Shown: piece after piece, positions 49,191-62,170 of the stretch | Position numbering within the stretch: the stretch's first letter is position 1 | Layout: the number at the start of each line of letters is the position of its first letter | NCBI GenBank assembly: GCA_028534125.1 | Contig: JAPYYK010000086.1 | Span: 4,216,001 to 4,280,000, forward strand | Origin: Lama glama | Taxonomy: Eukaryota | DNA length: 64,000 nt | Direction of reading: 5' to 3' | The notes under the pieces: model-generated | What the model was told of the DNA's origin: nothing | Seen by the model: only the letters and a program-made list of their open reading frames with translations | Databases searched by the model: none | Position numbers and translations under genes: made by a program

Positions 49191-52100
49191 AGCACGTGCC
49201 ACATCTGTGTGTGTCTGATGTCAGCTGCTGTCGCGACCTCTTTGGAAAAAAAATACATACCTCCTCTTAATTTTTTTAAATAAGGGAAGTACTTACTTAC
49301 AGTTACGTTTACTGATAAATTACTGTGATCGTGACCTCTTGGGAAAATAGAAAGGGTTTAGAATCCAGTTCAGGTTGAGGGGGTGGGAATCCCAGTATCA
49401 GGAGGTAACCACAAAATCAGGATATTTCATTATTTTGACTGTGTATTATTTCATCTGTGCATTTATTTCCATGTATATCAGTCAGGACTTCCAGTAGCAA
49501 AAAGAAACTGGAGCTGACTCACTTGAGCAGAAAAACAATTCATTAGGAAGGTATCAGATGACTCGGAAGAGATTGGACGTTAAGTTTGTTTCTACCTTGC
49601 ATGTTTTAAGTAATGCCAACATCAACACCACTTTGCATAAATTTTTCTCTGCCCTGTGAATTATTTCCATGGGATACATGTCTAGATGTAAAGACTGAAA
49701 GTAACTCCTTTTAGATCAGGAGGTCCCTCTTCTTGGGTCCCTAGTTTTTGATTAAGCTCTTGGATGGCTAATACAAGTCCGTAAGTCATTCTCACGAAGG
49801 AACACTGGTGAGTGATCAGACCCGTCAGTGCTTGCCTGTCGAGGATGCGTACACTGTGAGGCCTACCAGCTACTCCTGTCCCCATGCGGCGGTCTGATGC
49901 CACCGCTGAAAGCTGAACAATGGAAAGAGAAGCTTCTATGTGCTGCTCCTGCGACCGCCAATAACTAGCCCTGCGTCCGTGCTGAGTCCAGCAGTGTCGG
50001 AAGGAGTGGTGAGGCCGCGCATCTCCTCCATCCTTCTCCTCTTAGAAGGTCCCTGTGCTCCTCATAGAAGTGTGTCCACTCCTTCCAGCAGTCGTCACGG
50101 TTCAAATATCACAGTTTCTCTTGAGGAAAAAAAAAACGGTGTCATATGGCCCACTGCCCTGGACACTTTGTCAGGTGATTTGTATCCCACCACTCCCCCA
50201 CCTCCACCTTCAGACGACAACCCTGCCAAACGCAGGGTTATGTGTTAGTCCATCATCTTTTCGCTCTGCCAGCTCATTGTCCCCATTCTCCCCGGGGAAC
50301 ATAAGCTCCCTGAGGACAGGCACTCCTGTCTGTTCCCTTGCAATGTCAGTCTCCCCGGTTCTGGTGACACCACCTCGCACGTAGCAGACATGCCGTGAAC
50401 GTGCTCATTGATCTGAGTTGCCAAGAAATTTGGAGTCCTGAGTCTCAGCATGAGCTTTGTCTCTGAACGCATCGGGCTCTGTTCTCGGCTCTGGCCCCGG
50501 CCTGCAAACCGTCGTAGCCTTTTTCCGCCTACGTGGCTTTCCAGTTAGTTTCTCTACTAAACTCATTAGTAGATGCTTTTCTCCATCTTTCTATTTTTCT
50601 TTAATTGAAAGCCGCATTACTCATGCATCCATTACTAACTTCCCATGGCGTATCTTTTCTGGTTAACACAAAGGGTCTAAATTTTTCTGCTACATCTTAA
50701 CACAGATGGTTCACTAATGTCAATGGCGTCTAAGAATATTTTTACTGGAATCTGGGGACCCAAGCCCTCTGCCTGCTGTCAAAAGTATATTTATTCAGAT
50801 CCTAATTTGGTCGGTTTCCCTGTCTCTCTACTCTTTTCCCTCATGAACTGCTTGACTTTCTCATACAGCACGGCTGTTATGAGACATCTTACTCTGGTTG
50901 CATCGGAGTTTGGTCATGGTGCTGGCCTCTCACTTTTAAGCTAGAAGCTTATGACGTTATTCTGTTCCTGGTCATTAGATGGCATCAGAGGGAGTGTCCA
51001 ACCACGGTCCCTGCTAAGTGTGCGAGGGTGATGGGAGCCGAAAGCGTCAGCCTCAGCAGTTCCACTTACATTTGTTTTATTTATTTATGCATCCGTGTAA
51101 ATTTCATTTGGGCGAAGTATTCTTAAACGTATATGTGCGTATATATCTGAATATATGTATATATATGTGTGTGTGTGTGTATATGTTTGTATTTATATAT
51201 ACATTTATGTACGCGTGCACATGCGCACACACACACACACATGGGAAAACCTCTGACTTGGTTCCTCCCGGTGACAGACGTTATTAATCAAAAGACAAAG
51301 TATTTTAAGTCAGGCGTGGCCTTAGGATTCACTTTGGCCAGGGCAGTGTGCGTGGAGGGGACGTGTGTCACTGGTAAGCTGAAGCATTTAAGAGGCAGTG
51401 CTCAATTCTTCTGGCTTTTTCTTCCCCCATGGCAATCAGTGATCATGGACGTTTGTACCAATGAAGAGGTGCACAGGAGAGAAGCAGCCTAGACTGGGGA
51501 TCCACCTCGGAGAATCCCCAAACTCAAAACAGACCTGATTTGAGCAAAACAAGGAGGGAAAAAACCATATGTGTTAAGCCACTGAGATTTTGCTCTAATT
51601 TCAAAACTTCACATTTCCTGGCCGTGGTACACCCTTACACAGACGGCGAGGAATAAAAGGCCAAGGGGAGGACATGGCGATGACCCAGCTGAGACCAGAG
51701 CCGGAAGCAAGCCAATGACCGGAACCTAGGACTCTGCACTCCGTGCTCTGTGTTCATCTCCCTGCAATTCCCTGGACCCCTCTGCTTCCTTAACTGCGGT
51801 GGAAACAGCATGTGGCATCAGGAAGAGTTTCTGGGTGAGTCATGAAAAGCATAAGTTGCCCAGCGTTTTCCAGTCCTGCAAGGTCTTCCCTACTTTACCT
51901 GTCAAGTCAGAGACGGAGGGGATGGCAGCAGGTCTCGGTAAATTGCGGCAGTCAGTATCATCACCAGTAATCATCTCGGCGAAGAATCCAACATGCTTGG
52001 GACTTGAATAGACTCTGGGGTGCCTGAAACTATCGCTGTAGCAGTGGAAGATGTCCAAAAGGTATGTTTTCAAATCCCAAATTATTCACCGTATTACCGA

Positions 52101-52373
52101 AATACGAAAGTGAAGTGGTTCATGAAACAGTCCACATTTTGAAGGGGCTATGAAATATTCTCACCACGTCTGGTCGTATGCCTGCTCTCTCCCCTCTAGG
52201 TCTGCACAGAGCAGGCAGGATCCATCTTTCCTCCCCTTGTAGCTCCGGGAGTTACGGGATCATAGTGCCGAGCTGCATGTTCTGGGAGAAGAGCTGCTAT
52301 AGACGCAGCACGTGGAGGTGAGAAGTAAGGACAAGATGCATGGCTGGACACAGTATTGCTTTTCCTGCTATGC

Positions 52374-52376
<3 letters not shown>

Positions 52377-52453
<77 letters not shown>
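52377..52453. repeat. Perfect (AC)38 microsatellite
   Basis: Read directly from the sequence. Confidence 0.97.
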
Positions 52454-52456
<3 letters not shown>

Positions 52457-53604
52457 AAGATTTCTCCACTTGGATGAGTTTAGAAATCTGTGATTTCTGG
52501 AAACTAGAAACATGAGAATTACCAGGATTTTAATTTCAAAGATTTTTTTCCTACGTTCTTGGCACTGGTTGTGGAAGACTGCACAGATACGGTGCTCCAG
52601 GCACTTCCGTGGGCCGCATAAAGTATTTGCCCAAACTGGCACACTTTGGAGAGTGGAATGGGGCAGGACTGTCCTGGGCAGATCGGAACGTGGTGTCACT
52701 CTCCCTATACGTGCTCTTACAAGAGGTTGTGAACACAGTGCCAGACAGATCTGGGCAGGTGACACACTGGCTGGTTGCAGCCTTTGGCCAACCGGTGTTG
52801 CCCCACCTGAAAGGGCGTCTGCCAGTTGGTTCAAGATAATCGTTCCTAGGCATGAATCTGACCAATTGCCAAGTCTTCCCATTTTTAAAAGGAAACCGGT
52901 ATTTGTATGTGTACGCTTCAATTTCTAAATATTATCAGTTCATTAAAAAACTCAAAATACCACAAAGCCCAAACACATCCTTAAAATTCTAGCTTGGGGG
53001 TCACCAGGTTTTGACCTCTGTCTTAACTGAGAACTGCCACCCTGAAAGAGCGGGAGAGGCTTCTGGGGACAAGGTAAATCTGTCATTTCCATGTGCTTTT
53101 GCAGAAAAGGTAAAGAATTGGAAGATTTACACAGTTCCAAAATTAAGGAATTAATCCCTTCATTTAAAAATGATAATAGAATATATCTTTAAATAAATCT
53201 GGCTTTGCTTTTACTGAAATCCATTATTTCCTTTAAAAACGATGTTGGCTGTTGGGACTAGCCTGGCTGATTTTATTGGGCACAACAGTGTGGGGCTTAA
53301 CCTTCACCCCTGCAGGAGTGAGTAGGAATGAAAATCTTTCCTTTAATCATGAAGGAAAAACTTTTCCTTCTCGCTGTTCTCTGTGGCTGCCCAGAAGACG
53401 ATCCTGTTGTTACATCAGCCAGAACGGCGTCATGTGGCCACTAGCTGCAAAGGATCATGGGGAAGGGGAGTGGGCAGTGACCGGTTTGGAGCAAACATGA
53501 CCCCAAGGGCTGAGCACACCATGGCCCCAAACAAACTGAGGGGTCTTAGCAAGAAAGAAGAGAGGAATCAGTGTTAGGTCAGTCAATCATGTCTCTCATA
53601 ACTG

Positions 53605-54330
53605 CAATTCATTCATTCATTCATTCATTCCTTCATTCATTCTATAGACATTTTTTGAGCACTTATTAGTAAGTGCCAGGCCCTTGGAACACAGGAGTAA
53701 ACAAAAGAGGCACAGATCTCTGACCTCCCCCACTGAGTTTACATTCTTGGAGTGGGGAGGATAATTTTAAAAGGTAATTCATCATAGTATTTTAGAAGTT
53801 GATCAATGCTTTGAAGAAATTGGACAGAAAAGGAGGATGGAGGGTGATGAGACCGAGGGTGGGGTTGTAATTTGACATTGGGTAGTCTGGGAAAGAAAGA
53901 CTTCCAAAGGAGGGGCATTTGATCCAAGAACTGGAAGATGTCTTGGAGTAAGTCATGTTTCTATGTGGGGGAAGAGCATTCTAGGCAAAGGGAATGGCCA
54001 GTGCAAAGGCCCTGAGGGTAGGAGTGGCCCCCACTTGGTTGTGTGAAAAGACCAGAGGAGAGGGAGGCTGGAGGGTAGAGAAGGGAGGTCAGAGCAGGAC
54101 GTGGGGGCCACTGTGAGAAAGTGGGTTACAGCAAGTTGGGGGGCTGAGGGCAGGGTTCTGGGCAGGGGAGTCACGTGGTCGGACTTGTGCTTTAAGGGGA
54201 TCCCTCTGGCTGCTTTGTTGAGAGTGAGCTGGGATGGGGAGCCAAGAGTGGAAGCCAAAAAACCATTACAGAAGCTCTTGCAGTAATCCAGGCAAGAGAG
54301 ATCTGACTGCCTAGACTAAGGGAGCAGCAT
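53605..54330 (-). mobile_element. L2 LINE 3' region with (ATTC)n tail
   Basis: (attc)n, ttttgagcacttattagtaagtgccagg, gggaagagcattctaggcaaagggaatggccagtgcaaaggccctgagg, gcagtaatccaggcaagaga. Confidence 0.8.
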
Positions 54331-56426
54331 TCTTTAACTCATTCAGAATATATATACAGGTAATACAAAAGCCAAAGGGAGCCAAAAAAGGTCTCGTCTC
54401 AGGATGTGTAGCCCGTGCGGTCAAGGTGGCACAGAAGCTGGGAATGGAAAGTGCGGTCGGGCTTTTTTGATTTGCATTTTCTCTCATCTAGTATCAGCCT
54501 TAAATATGTACTATTAAAGCCCACTCTCGACAAAGATCTCTGACGCTCTGAGTTTCCTTTCCCGCTGGTTTGCAGAGCTCCTTCTCAATGGACTCATTGC
54601 GTACAAGCAAGAGGAAGCAGGAGACACTCAGTACAATGCGTTGTTTCAGGATAAAGTTACCCAATTAAAAATACATGGTGAATGATCATGTTTTCCTTTT
54701 TGGTTTTAATAACCAGGGCTTAATCCAAGAAACCTGCTTGCTGAGATGCTTTTGTTCAGTGATCATTTGTTGTTACCCCCATTGAAAGAAGTAGCTATGG
54801 CTGACTGGTTAGATGCTGGAGGGATGAAATGAAGGAAGGAGCAGATGGTGAACATGAAAGGAGGCGAGGACAAGGAGGCGCACGGGGAGGAAAAGATACC
54901 GCAGATGGTCGCGTCGCTGACCCTGAGGCCGAGCACAAAAGAAGAAAGAGGAGCAGCGCTTTTCCAGCCACATCTGCTGACCCCGCCCGGCTCACAGCTG
55001 GTTCTTGGCTGACCCAGGGTGTAGAGCATGGTTCTGGTGCCACCTCTGGGGAGGACCCGGCAAAGTCAGAGAGTCCTGCTTTAGGGGCCAGATGTTTGCT
55101 ATGTAAAGAAACTTCTGCTGTAGGTAAGCACAGTTCTTTGCAATTTATAAACCATAGTGAAAGTGATAATGTATATATATGTATACTCGATATGGCCCCT
55201 CCCCCCACCCCCCCACACTCACACACACCCCCACACACCCCCTCACACCCCCTCACACATACCAGCCCATTCCCTCATCTTTCTATAGTTCTATCCGGTG
55301 TTTCCCTTCCTCTCATTCTGATATAGCGTCATCCTCCAGCTGTCTCGGGTGATCACCTTAACTGCTGACCCAGCACGATAATGTACCACATGTGATTGTT
55401 ATCGACCTGTAACCTGCAGCTTATGTGTAATCATAAGAGGTGATGGTAGCATTAACAGTGCAGGCATTATTAACTAGAAAAAATCTGGAACACAGTTTGG
55501 CCCGTTCTTGTTTGGCAAATGGGTTCATTGCAGCCATAAATGACGACCAAGGCCACAGAGAGATGCCGGGACAGAAGGCAGAATGATACACAATAGATTT
55601 ATCAGCCTCTCTCCCAAGGAGGGTTTTGGCTTTTAACTTTTCAGTGAGAGAATTTTCAGAACACATATTTTTTAAAATACCAGATTGGTTAATGTTTTCT
55701 CCAGAACAATGCTGCAGCCTCCTCTCACCCTTCCACTCCCCCACCCTATGTCTAGATATTTTATTTTATTTTATGTAAGGATTTTTTCAGTTTCCTTCTT
55801 TGCTGAAAAGATGTTGAAAAGGCACCAAAAAAACTTTTGCCCGTCCTCCAAAATGAAAAATCTTACCAGTGACAACCCCACCATTGTAACAGAATTATGT
55901 TTCTTTTTGCATTCTATAGTCTTCGCTTCGAGAGGGGTGCATATAATGCCTCATTTTTCCTAGTTGAAGTAAGCATTTTATATTCTATATAAATTTTATA
56001 TTTTTAAATTTTATATTCTGACTAGCCAATCATAGGTCTCTTTCTCTTCTGTGTAATCACCATTTCGAGTATTGTTCCTGATTAATACGTGTTAATTTTT
56101 AACTGGAAACTACTGAAGATTGTCGGAAAGAGAATCAGCTATAACCCAACCGCCCTCGGAACAACTGCTTTTCCCCAGTCTTCATATATATAATTTTTCC
56201 TTTAAGAATTGGAGTTAATGCTGTATAGACATGTTTGTATTTGCTCCCCGCCCCCTTCGTTAAGAGCGAGGTGGAGACTAGTCTGAGCCTCAGTTTTCCC
56301 AAGTGTGAAACGTCGTGCCAGGGGCTGGAACAGGCGCGGCGGGCACGGAGCCGCAGTGTCAGCGGACGCAGCGCCGGGTCCTCGCGGCGGTTTCCAGGCC
56401 CGGCCGGCGCGCTGTCCGCCCCGCGG

Positions 56427-56445
56427 GCGCCGCCAGGGGGCGCTG
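56427..56445 (+). promoter_or_regulatory. Candidate CTCF site in the CRBN promoter
   Basis: GCGCCGCCAGGGGGCGCTG is a near-consensus CTCF motif. Confidence 0.6.
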
Positions 56446-56528
56446 TGGGCCGGACTCGGCGGCTGCGCGGCGCGGACCCTCCCTCCGCGGCCCCGGCGCC
56501 GCCCTGTCCCAGGCTCCTTTGCGGGTAA

Positions 56529-56807
<279 letters not shown>

Positions 56808-56959
56808 TAAGCCAGGGGCCCGTGCTCGCCGGCCTCCGTGTGTCCAGAACGTAGCCCCGAGGAAATGGTCTGAAGCCGGCTGGGGGGAGAGGGGAAGCCT
56901 GGGTCAGCCTAGCCGCCAGGACTCCTCCTGGACTTCTTCCCTTTGATAAGAGTGACCGC

Positions 56960-57185
56960 TGACACGTATTAAGCCCTTACCGTGTCAGCGGCCCCGCAGT
57001 CAGCACCTCGCGTGCGTTTGTCCGTTTCATCCTCCCCACATCACTTTTCTGTTCCCGACTTGGGGGGTGAGAAACGAATTGGCAGATGAATTCAGTGACT
57101 TGCCCAAGGTCACACAGTTGCAGAGCCAGGACTGCTGTCTGAGTCTGTTTGTCCGCATAGTTGGTGTCTCTTAACCACTTCGCTG
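56960..57185 (-). mobile_element. MIR SINE in CRBN intron 1
   Basis: tattaagcccttaccgtgtcag...agtgacttgcccaaggtcacacag...cagagccaggact...tcttaaccact. Confidence 0.8.
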
Positions 57186-57234
57186 TGGAACAGTGTTTTG
57201 GTCTGTTTTTCTCAGGCGTATAGTTCGAGCACAT

Positions 57235-57280
57235 GATAGAATATGCTTAATTAGAGATAGAATGTGCTTAATTAGAGATA
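57235..57280. repeat. 21-bp tandem duplication
   Basis: gatagaatatgcttaattaga / gatagaatgtgcttaattaga / gata. Confidence 0.9.
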
Positions 57281-59149
57281 CTTGGGACTGTCATGTTCAA
57301 CTCCATTTTCTGTTTGCCTTATGCTTCATGAAAATTGAATCATGGCCTATGTTGGAATACTGGGCAGGAAAAAAAATGGGATAATTGTACAGTCTTGTCA
57401 TGGAATGCTCTAGCAAAGAGATGCTTTCCAAGAGGCGTGTCAGCCAAACTGAGAGTGTTAGCTGAGTCCCTTCACTGTGTGCGAGGAAGTGTGTTAGGTG
57501 GAGATGGAAAGAGGTGTGATACACAGTCTAATACTTGATTCTGAAAATAAAACTAGCAGAAGGCAGCTGATTTGGGCCAGATAAGTGAATGCTGCTACGG
57601 TCCATCAGAGGGAGGGATTATGCAGGGCCTAGAGGGTCTGATGAGGAGCCCTGGGTGGTGCAGTTGGAGACCTCCAAAAGCATATAACTGAGGATGGGCT
57701 TGCAGAAGATGAGGCCTGGAGAGCAGGTTGGGTTGAGGTGTTGGGAAGTGTGCATGTCTCTCTCCAGCGGGACTGGGAGTTTTTTCCCTGTGGGTGGCCA
57801 AGAAACAGTTGTGAGTTTCAGACTTAAGGGAAGCTATGCTTGGAGGATTAACTTGCCCGCTGGAGTGGTGGAGTGGCGTGGATTGGAGAAGGAAGAGACT
57901 GAATGCATGCCCATCATGTAGGAAGGGCCTTTTCCATAAAAATTAGTCAGAATCAGAGTCAAAGATGCTGAAGCCAACCTAGCTGAATTGGAGTCAACTG
58001 AAGAGCTGAACTGTTTTTTTTCAGAGACATCAGCCTGGCCCCGTCCGTGCCAAAACCAGTGTATCAGGGAGGATGCTGATGCTCTGTTGGCATCCACATG
58101 GTGCTCCTGCATGAGATGAGTCATCAGACTTCACCCTGGTAGCTCTGAACAGTCAGTGTGTGTTGTGTCAAAAAAAATCAGGAGAGGGCTCAAGGACGTT
58201 GTCTATATAATAATAATCCTTTTGCAAATCATACATGGATTTTATGTTTAGAAACATTGGATTGTCTGTACATCCATGCAGTATTTGAAGAGTCATCCCC
58301 CTTAAGTGCCAAGGCAGTAGCTTAGTATTTAAGATTCGAAGAATCTGTCCCAGGCAAACAAAACATTAATAACCATTCAAGTAGGGGGAAGTAGGTTTCA
58401 GCCATATCTATAAGAGGCTACTTTTTATATGGAAATCATTCAGAGACTAGAAGTCAGAGCAGTTAAAATGTGAACTTTAAAATTATGAATTCTAGCCTTT
58501 GAGCTGAGAGTTGATCTTTTAAACTTTGTGTAACAGAGCAATAAAGTGTCAGAGTGCCTAGTGAAAGTCAGAATGGTGAATACAAGGAAGCCAATTCAGA
58601 ATATTTTTGTTACCAGTTTTGATTTTTCTTAGTTATTTCTTAGTCTCTTGTAGAAATTTCTTTGTGCTTAGGAAAATTTTGTATGAAGTATTAAATCACT
58701 GAGCATTTGAATTTTAGGTGAAATAGTTACGTTGTTCTCTTTGACAAAGCCAGATATCTAAGTAACTCGTAAGAATTAGTAGAGAGTCCAAGGCAGTTGC
58801 TGTATTGAAAAAGATGTGTGTTATCTTGTTAGGGACCTAGCTGGAGGTGGTTTAATTTAAATAATGACATGCACAAAGGAAAATGACTATTTTATAGAAA
58901 TGCTTTATCTGTTTAGAACTTTACTTGGGGGCTTGCTTGGTTTATTCCCTTCCCTCCCTCGCTCCCTCCCTCCTTCCTTCCTGTCTTCTCTAGAAACTCT
59001 TTTAAAGTTAAATGTTTGAAAGAACCCAAGAGACTGTCTTGTTCATGCCGGTCATCTTTCAGATGAAGAAGCTAAGGTTTAATCAGGGGGATGAGTTTTC
59101 TAAGGTGTCAAAATGAGTTACCAGCAGAGGAGGAGAGAGAAATCTCCCA

Positions 59150-59815
59150 TGAGAAGAATCTCAGATAATTTGTTCAGATAGTCCCCCTTCAGAGAGGCGG
59201 GACGCGAACCCTGCCCCTTAGGTGTGGGTTGTGCCTCATGACTTGCTTCCAAAGAGTACCGTGTGCAAAGGAGGGAGACGCCAGGTTTGCAGTGGAGAGG
59301 TCTGACCGGCGCACCTCAGCCAGGTGCTCAAGGTCACTAGCAGCAGCTGTAAGTCTCGTTGACAGTGCGCACCCTGATGTGACGTGACGAAAACGGCCCC
59401 TCACCTCCCTGGTGTTCCTCCCCAAAACTCACATCCTAGTTGAGGGACGTTCTACAAAATGCCTGACCAGGAGCCCTCGAAACTGTGCAGGCCATCTAAA
59501 ACAGCAAGTCTGAGGAACCAGCCCAGCCCAGAGGAGGCAAAGGGACGTAACAGCCAACTGTAATGTGATGTCCTGGATGCGGTGCAGGAAAAGAAAATGG
59601 ATATTAGGAAAAAACTAAGGAAATCCAAACAAAATGTGTTTCGTTAATAGCGATGTGCCAACGCTGATTTCTCAGTCATGACAAATGTCCCTGACCCATA
59701 TGGGCTGTTAACTGGAGGGGAGAAGCATGTGAACTATACAGGGACACTCCGTACTATCTTTGTACCTTTTCAGTGAGTCTTAAACTGTTCCAAAAGGAAA
59801 GGCTGATTTAACAAA
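59150..59815 (+). mobile_element. L1MC/L1MD-type 3' UTR nested in a MIR remnant, CRBN intron 1
   Basis: tgacttgcttccaaagagtac...gttgagggacgttctacaaaatgcctgacc...tgtaatgtgatgtcctggat...gtactatctttgtaccttttc..tcttaaactgttccaaaa. Confidence 0.75.
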
Positions 59816-60014
59816 GCAGTGGCAGAGTCCTGCCTAGACCCCAGCGCCCTGGCTGCCCCTGCACAGTACTGTCAACAGCCCCAAGTGTGTATGGTGTTTA
59901 AAAGAACCCCTCTTTCAAGGGCCCAGAATCCTCATGTAGGAAAATATTGGAAAGCTTTGACATGTTCATGCCTCTGTGTGTTTTTGTTTTCCTTATAATA
60001 TTTTACTTTTATAG

Positions 60015-60130
60015 CAGAGGATGAGGAAGAAGATGAAGAAATTGAAATGGAAGTTGAAGACCAGGATGTCAAAGAAGCCAAGAAACCAAACATCATAAAT
60101 TTTGATACCAGTCTCCCAACATCACATACA
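60015..60130 (+). CDS. CRBN: Cereblon coding exon 2 ([39 protein letters not shown]); alternative start at 60018 via a NAGNAG acceptor
   Basis: Polypyrimidine tract then tag|cag| acceptor; donor ACA|gtacgt; 67+116=183 nt keeps frame; [15 protein letters not shown] motif. Confidence 0.96.
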
Positions 60131-60738
60131 GTACGTACTGTTGTAGCAGATCTGGTGTGATAGAGACATACACTTACCTGTGGATAAAAGTCCCTAGAAA
60201 CAAATGGTTGGTTTTACTGTTACTGGATGTCACCCCACATGAGAAGTTGTGGACAAGGACGTGGGCTCCTTGCCAGTGGATCGAGGGTCTTAGCTGTAAT
60301 TTTAAAGCAGTTTGATACTATGTCTATGACTGGTTATAATTCTGTGCAGTTACTGGTTGCCCTCCTTCGTCTTCACTGGCAGTGGAGCCATCACAGTAGC
60401 TCTCACTCTGTCCCACTAGGTCCCGGGAGTTACTTAACACACTGACATTTTACACTTGTGTTTGTGCTCTTTGTACAGAGAGGTGTTTAGCTTAGAGTAT
60501 TTGGAACTTAAAAAATGCTCTTGAATTTGTATGCGATAGATTCTTCACAAAAAATTTAGAAACTCTACATCTAAGAGTCACAAATTGACGTCAGTGTGGG
60601 GTCCCGATCACCCCGAGCTCACTGTTCAAGTGCTGGCCCCTCGGGGTTCTCGCTGCTGCTCCGCTCCTGCGTCTTCCGCGCGTGTTTCTGGCCCGAGTCG
60701 GCCGCGCCGCTGACGCCGCGCTGTGTGCTCCCCTCCAG

Positions 60739-60941
60739 TACCTGGGCGCGGACATGGAGGAGTTTCACGGCAGGACGCTGCACGACGAGGACAGCTGCCC
60801 GGTGATCCCGGTGCTGCCGCAGGTGACGATGATCCTGATCCCGGGGCAGACCCTGCCCCTGCAGCTCTCGCGCCCTCAGGAAGTCAGCATGGTGCGGAAT
60901 CTGATTCAGAGGGACAGGACCTTCGCGGTTCTGGCTTACAG
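60739..60941 (+). CDS. CRBN: Cereblon coding exon 3 ([67 protein letters not shown]), start of the Lon-N-like domain
   Basis: Branch-like CTGAC at 60710, acceptor ctcccctccag|, donor AG|gtaaca; 203 nt, phase 0 to 2. Confidence 0.97.
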
Positions 60942-61593
60942 GTAACACCTAGCCCGAGCTGGCTTCACAGTCTCTGTCGTGCAGTCACGGCTGAGGTCGT
61001 GAGGGCCAAAACGGACTGCCGTTTCACGTGCGCAGGAGACTGGACAAGGGTGGGGAGGGACGAAAAGTTTGAAAGTGCAAGTTGGAGTGTTTTGTTGTGA
61101 TCGTTACCGTCTAAATCAAACATTTACTTTCACATGCAGTTAACTTTCTGGTATTTGAAAGGTTTTATATCATTATTTAAGGAAAAACATTTCCAGACTC
61201 TTATTTTACAGTGTAATGTAAAGGATTACTTTTACAAAGGAGTGACTTGTTAATTTCTCAGTCCCAAAACCCTGAGTTGTCCTGTACAGACCAGTGGTAT
61301 ATGGAAGCTGAATTTCACGTGTCCTCAGACAGCTAGAGGAATTCAGCAGTGGAGGCAGGAACTCGATACAGGAAGTCCCTGCCGCAGTGCAGTGCTGCCG
61401 ATAAGGGGCAGAAGTGATGGGCTTCGGACGCAAAGCATGTCTGGTTTGGGAAATGACAGTTTAAACCCCTGTCAGTCCTGGATCATTTTCAGTGACTAGA
61501 AATCTCTTCTTTTCCTAATGAGCCCTAATTACACTTCCTGACGCCTCTATATATCTCAATTCCCTGAGTGCTTTTTAAAATAAAGAAAAATAG

Positions 61594-61863
<270 letters not shown>

Positions 61864-61994
61864 TAAGAGACACCTCTTCCTTAGAGCCTCTTAAATGTCG
61901 TAAAGTGGAGTGGTTCTCTTGTATTTTTTCTGTTCCACTGACCCTTGACACTTTGTACCTTTTAACTAGCTGTCCTTCCCTTTGAAGGTGTAGC

Positions 61995-62170
61995 CTAATG
62001 GTTTCCAACTTTGCTGTGCGTCAGAATCCCCGGGGAACTTTCTAAAACTACATGTTCGAGCTCCACCCTCGCCTCCCTTTCCTAGAGGGCAATGGGGTCC
62101 GGGGTGAGGCCATGGCATCTCCTCTTAGGATTTCCAGCCGATTCTGTCTCCCCCCAGGTTTGAGAACAGT
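61995..62170. mobile_element. MER5-type hAT-Charlie MITE
   Basis: atggtttccaactttgctgtgcgtcagaatccccggggaact...ccaggtttgagaac. Confidence 0.6.

Noticed and set aside
52196-52921. 241-aa minus-strand ORF
   Set aside because: Kept open partly by the (AC)n microsatellite (CVCVCV...); no protein similarity recognised.
54795-55326. 153-aa and 165-aa ORFs near the promoter
   Set aside because: Low-complexity, purine-rich or CA-rich sequence with no homology or splice evidence.
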